A DNA stretch of 64,000 nt from the human T2T-CHM13v2.0 reference genome, Homo sapiens: the NCBI RefSeq assembly GCF_009914755.1, contig NC_060929.1; one strand, 5' to 3'. Shown in pieces: positions 58,267-64,000 of the stretch; within the stretch, counting starts at the first letter, position 1; every line of letters starts with the position of its first letter. A program made the position numbers and the translations under genes. The notes under the pieces were generated by a model. It was not told where the DNA came from. It made no database searches and saw only the letters and a program-made list of their open reading frames with translations.

Positions 58267-60153
58267 TCATAAATTATTTTTAATCCTTAATTACAGTGAT
58301 AATAGCTAACTAAAAATCCTTGTCTGCTAATTTAAACATCTAGATAAACTTATGTCAGTTTCCATTGACTGTAGCTTTTCTTCAGTGTGTTATTTCTCTA
58401 CTTGTTGACAACTTTTAGATTTAATACTGAACATTGTGAATGATGTAGAGAGGAGATTCTCTTAGACTCATCTGAGGAGTATTGGTTTTTTGAGGTAAGG
58501 AGGAGTCTGTTTTCTGCGTCAGTTAACTTGGCTGTATTTCAACTTCAAACTTTGTTTCCTATGTGGTAGGTGTTAGCTGAAATTTCAGGTCAGTTCTTTT
58601 AACCTTAGCACTGTTACTTGGAGTCTGTCTCAAATATACTTCATTTAGAGTTTAGCAAGAGATTTGAACAGTTTATCCATAGAATTTAGAGCTCCTCTCC
58701 TCTGCTTCTTCCTTTCTAAAATTGTCTTCCTCACTTTTCAAGTGCTGTGATTTCTCTGAAAGCCTGTCTTCAGGATCTTCAATTTAATAGAACTGGTTTC
58801 TGCTAAATTTTAGCTGCTCTGCATGGCTGATATTTGAGCCCTCACTCAGGTTATGGGAATCTTATTCAGTGTTATTCTTTTTTTTCCCCAGAATCAATCT
58901 GCTTTCATTCACTTTCCTGTGCAGTCAGGTCTTTTTTTTTTTTTTCCTAATATTTTGTGCTGAGTTTATAATTGTTATCTATGATAGGGTTGTTCCTATG
59001 GGAATGGCCTGACCATGACTAAAAGCAGAGCTCTATACTTAGCTTTTGAGCTCTCCAGTCCCTTATGTCTCATGACTTTTCTCTATATTTCAACAAAAGT
59101 ATGTTTATATTATTGAACTTTCCACTTGTTAGGAAATTGGTACTGTGACCTAATTCCTTAGAATCAGTCTTTCTGCTGTCCTAGTTTATGCCTTGCCTAA
59201 TTAAAGTCATGCCTGTATTTGAAAAGTGGAAAACTTCCAAGGAAAGTGAGCAGCTGGTATTGACACTCAAAAGAGTTTTATGAAATGAAAGTAAGCAAAG
59301 GGCCAGTTAGGCTGAACTTCAGGAAAAAGTATCTAATGGTGAGATTTGTGAGACTAAACAATCTGGCAAGGGGACTTTCTCTGAGCTATTTCAAACTGAA
59401 TTGGAAAAGTCAGGGAAAAAACAAGTAATAAGCCCAGGTCATGCATTGGCAAATGGACAGTTTGTATGATCTCATACTTACCTTTCCCAGTGGCTATTTG
59501 GTTGTGGGGTCATTAGCAGAAAAGCGCTTTAGGTTTTACATTATTAATATGAATGTCTGAATTGGACATAGAAAATAGATTTCTCAAAATTGCTTAAAAT
59601 TGATGATAAAAATCTTTCTGGAAAGTAAGAAATCATATATTATTCATTTTTGTGTGGTGAAATTCTGTGAGAGCAGGGACAGGAGCTCTCTCATTTGTCA
59701 CGGTATTGCAAGCACCAAGCATAGTGCCTGGCAAATAGAAGACGTTCAGCAAATATTAGCATTACTTCTACTTTTACTATACCTTACTAAAAAGTGACAC
59801 ACCCACAAACAAATGTCAACTATCAGAAGTGACAATTAAAGTTAATGTTTTCCATTATTTCTCTTATTTTTCTGTATGTTTTCTTTTTCCCCGAGTCCAG
59901 AAAGCCTGAATTTAAGGCGATTAGGTTTTCTTTGTGATTTTGTCCACAGGAAAAATCAAAAGGATTTAATTTAGTCCACTGTGAAATGTTACTGTAAGAA
60001 AACAAAGTATCAAAGATATTTGCTGGAAGAGAGAATATTAAGCAAAGCAGTTAATCATACTGAATCTGAAGTCAGATGGTCCTGACTTTTAATTCTGGCC
60101 ACAAATTACACTCGTTCTGTGGCCTTTGACAAATACTTGCTCTGTGATCTTTA

Positions 60154-60860
<707 letters not shown>

Positions 60861-61128
60861 CTTTTCTTTTTTTTTTTTTGACACACAGTTTAACTCTGTT
60901 GCCCAGGCTGGGGTGCAGTGGCACGATCTTGGCTCACTGCAATCTCTGCCTCCCAGGTTCAAGTGATTCTCGTGCCTCGGCCTCCTTAGCTGGGATTACA
61001 GACACATGCCACTATGCCCAGCTAATTTTTGTATTATTAATAGAGATGGGGTTTCACCATGTTGACCAGGCTGTTCTCGAACTCCCGGTCTCAGGTGATT
61101 CGCCCTCCTCGGCCTCCCAAAGTGCTGG
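60861..61128 (-). mobile_element. Alu (S/J), 5'-truncated
   Basis: T tail, both arms, ends abruptly at cccaaagtgctgg. Confidence 0.9.
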
Positions 61129-64000
61129 ACGTCATCTTATATGTGATAAATCTATCAACTAACAACCGATAAATTCATCAACTTTAATCAGTTTTAATTT
61201 ATCAATTAAAAATTAATTGATTAAAAAGCATGGATAGCTAGCACCTATTAAATATGGCAGTTGTGAATTTAAAATGAGATTAGTATATAAAATTGTTTTG
61301 CATTGTATCTGATACACAGTAGGTGCTTGATAAAATATAGCTGCAGTTTTGGTGGTTATTGTATTCATCTTAATCTTCTTTGTAGTTCCTTCTTTCTGTT
61401 TTTTAGATAATTTGATACTTTAACATAGGGCCAATTAGTGGCTTTGTGACCTTCAACATTTTTGACTTAACTGTTACTCTTCAGTTAAATTGTTTATGAA
61501 ATGAGGGGATGAATCAACTCAGTTTTGCTCCCCTGTATCAACTGTACTTGGTGGACTTTTCTGGGAGAGTTATTCTTTGAGTACTCTGAGATTACTTCCA
61601 TTGCTCACTAGAATACATGATGTAATTCTGAGTTTGTGAACCAGATATGACATCATTCACTATCCATTTATAGCTTCCGTCTTCAATTTTCAATAGGTGA
61701 GAATATAAAATACGTTTTTAAATCCTCGTTTATATAACTTTACATTTTTAAAAACAATGATTAAGTGCTCAATTTATGTTATGCATTGTATTAGGTGCTT
61801 CCCTTGAGTTTGTGAGGGGTGAAGGTATCAGTGGTTGAATCCTGGAATAGATAGCTTACTTAGGACATCAATAATGATAATAATAATAATAATAAAGTAA
61901 TACTGTTATAATGAAGATATAATAATAACAATGAAGAAATAAAAAATAGTAAAGAGATTGTATCAAATGTACTCAAAATTAATACATTTTTTGTAACAGT
62001 GTTTAACAAACTGTAAGAATTTAAAACTACCAGCAAAAAGAAGAGCTTATGCTATATTATTTTTGCACCATTGTACAGTGAATAGCACTATCCAAAGCAA
62101 GACCTTTATTATTGAATCAGAATACTGAAACATAGTGCATTTTGCTTTAATTATCAAATAAATCATAATTGACATGGTAATATGACTATATTGATTTATA
62201 TTTTCATTTCCTAATGGTATCTGTAGCCACGCATAGATTTGGATCAATCCACTGATGATTCTTTTTGTTGGATCTTGAAATGTGAGAAAAGTCTCTCTAC
62301 ATGGTATTCTGCTGTTCGCAGAGCTTACTTTGGCCTGTTTTTCTATAGAGTTACTAAGATTCAGCAGGTATTCTTCAAATGGCTGAATGACATTGAAGTG
62401 TGTTGCATTATCTTCTGGTCTACAATATTTAGGTTTTTTTTTTGAGATACAGGATATATATGTAATGGATATTTCATTATGTGTTATACTTTTGTAATAT
62501 GCTATACTTTAATAGGATAATAATTAAAGGCAGCTTTAAAGCAAAATGAACTCATTCAATACAACAAAAACTCCAAATTTTCTAGTGTTGTTAATTATAA
62601 TTATTGCTTTTCTTTTTGTCTTTTGAAGCAGTGATCAAAGAAGTTGCATTTCTGTGTGATTCAATATTTTGAAATATTTAGTTCAACTCAATGTAGTATT
62701 TCATCAAAATAAGATGGTGGTGTTAACACTGATTTATAAATGTACCAATATGCTAACCTGCTAAGCTGCTATCTGGCAGGTTGTAAATATTCTATATGAT
62801 AGCAATTTTTTAGGGTTTTGGGTAGTGATAGCAGAACATGTTGTTTCTCCCTATTAAGATAACAATTTGGTTGGTATACTCTGTTACAACCCAGCTGCAA
62901 AACCAAAGTGGACCACCCACAGAGAGTCCAGTTAGAGATAACTGAGGTTTGGCTGGCTAAACTACTACCACCTAAACAAATATCATCACCAGTTCTGTGA
63001 CTCAGTGCTTGATCTAAGTAAGTGATTACTTAGAAGAGAATTTTTCCAAGTGCCCAAGCTTCTGAGATTCTGTATTTAAAAAATAATAGAATAATAAAAG
63101 CAGGAAGAACATCCTTTGAAACAAATTTTAAAACCTGATAATTAAATTTAATCTTCTATTCGTGGCTAAATTATAATACTTTCCTAACTTTTGGTATAGC
63201 AAGCCTCTTATTATTTTAAATGTGACTAAATAGCTTCATGTGTAATACCAGCACTCTTCATAAAATATTTTTTGTATTGTCTGTGTTTTGCCATTACAAT
63301 GAGATTTTTGAGAATATAAGAAATGCACTTGTTACTCTGATATCATTTTATTGGATATCCTTGAATTGCACACATTCGTAGCAGTGTCTCATAATGAAGT
63401 CAGTGTATTCCTTTTTTGGGGGAAGCTTCTTAATGTTAAAAGCTTCCTAAGCATTATTTGCTAGATCACAGTTTGAATGGCAGTGTAACTGTGTAGTCTG
63501 ATGATATATTGTTTGCATAACAGAGGTCACATGGAGTTCTGAGTATTTCCCAGATAACTTAACTAACTGCTCAATTAAGAAAAAAAGCTTGCTGAAAGAT
63601 GAAGTGATGCTTTCAATGGTCACAGAGAATACAGATGCAATGAAGATCTCTCTAGGTGTTAACTAATGACTGAGGGTACAACATAAATATACACACATGT
63701 TCTTATGTTGATGGAATATGAATAATGAGATTATTGGACTTGTGTGCTGTGTGATTTATTCCAAAAATGTATCCTAGCCTTTTTGAAATTTATTCTATGT
63801 TCTGTCATGACAGCCATAAATCAGCATGAGGAATTATTGGATTTACTATGGCTTGAATTGTTACCTCCATGATAAAGATAAATGTAATTATTCAGGAAAT
63901 TATTTGCTTGTATAATTTATAGTTTGCTGGTCAAGAGGATTTTTTATATTGTAATTGATAGATAGATACCTTATTAGAAAAATAGCCTATGAGGGTTTTG

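Overview
Primate (very probably human) genomic DNA from the 5' half of XRCC4, the non-homologous end-joining gene, on the + strand. The window starts in intron 1, contains the first coding exon (18028-18176, ATG at 18038) and the next exon (24149-24324), together codons 1-105 of the head domain, and ends inside a long intron. The rest is AT-rich intron dense in interspersed repeats: Alus, old L1M fragments, a two-LTR THE1 (MaLR) provirus, a full-length antisense L1PA whose 5'UTR is split by a sense solo LTR12, MER21, MLT2 and DNA-transposon relics. Almost all ORFs in the track are repeat artefacts. I see no new protein-coding system. The most unusual signals are fossil locally templated insertions: a near-perfect 152-bp inverted copy with a snap-back hairpin at 2774-2954, a multi-template patchwork at 57377-57525, a fold-back at 51575-51751 and an internally inverted L1. 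Two sense-oriented LTRs are candidate alternative XRCC4 promoters. Repeat subfamily names come from remembered consensus sequences, not a RepeatMasker run.
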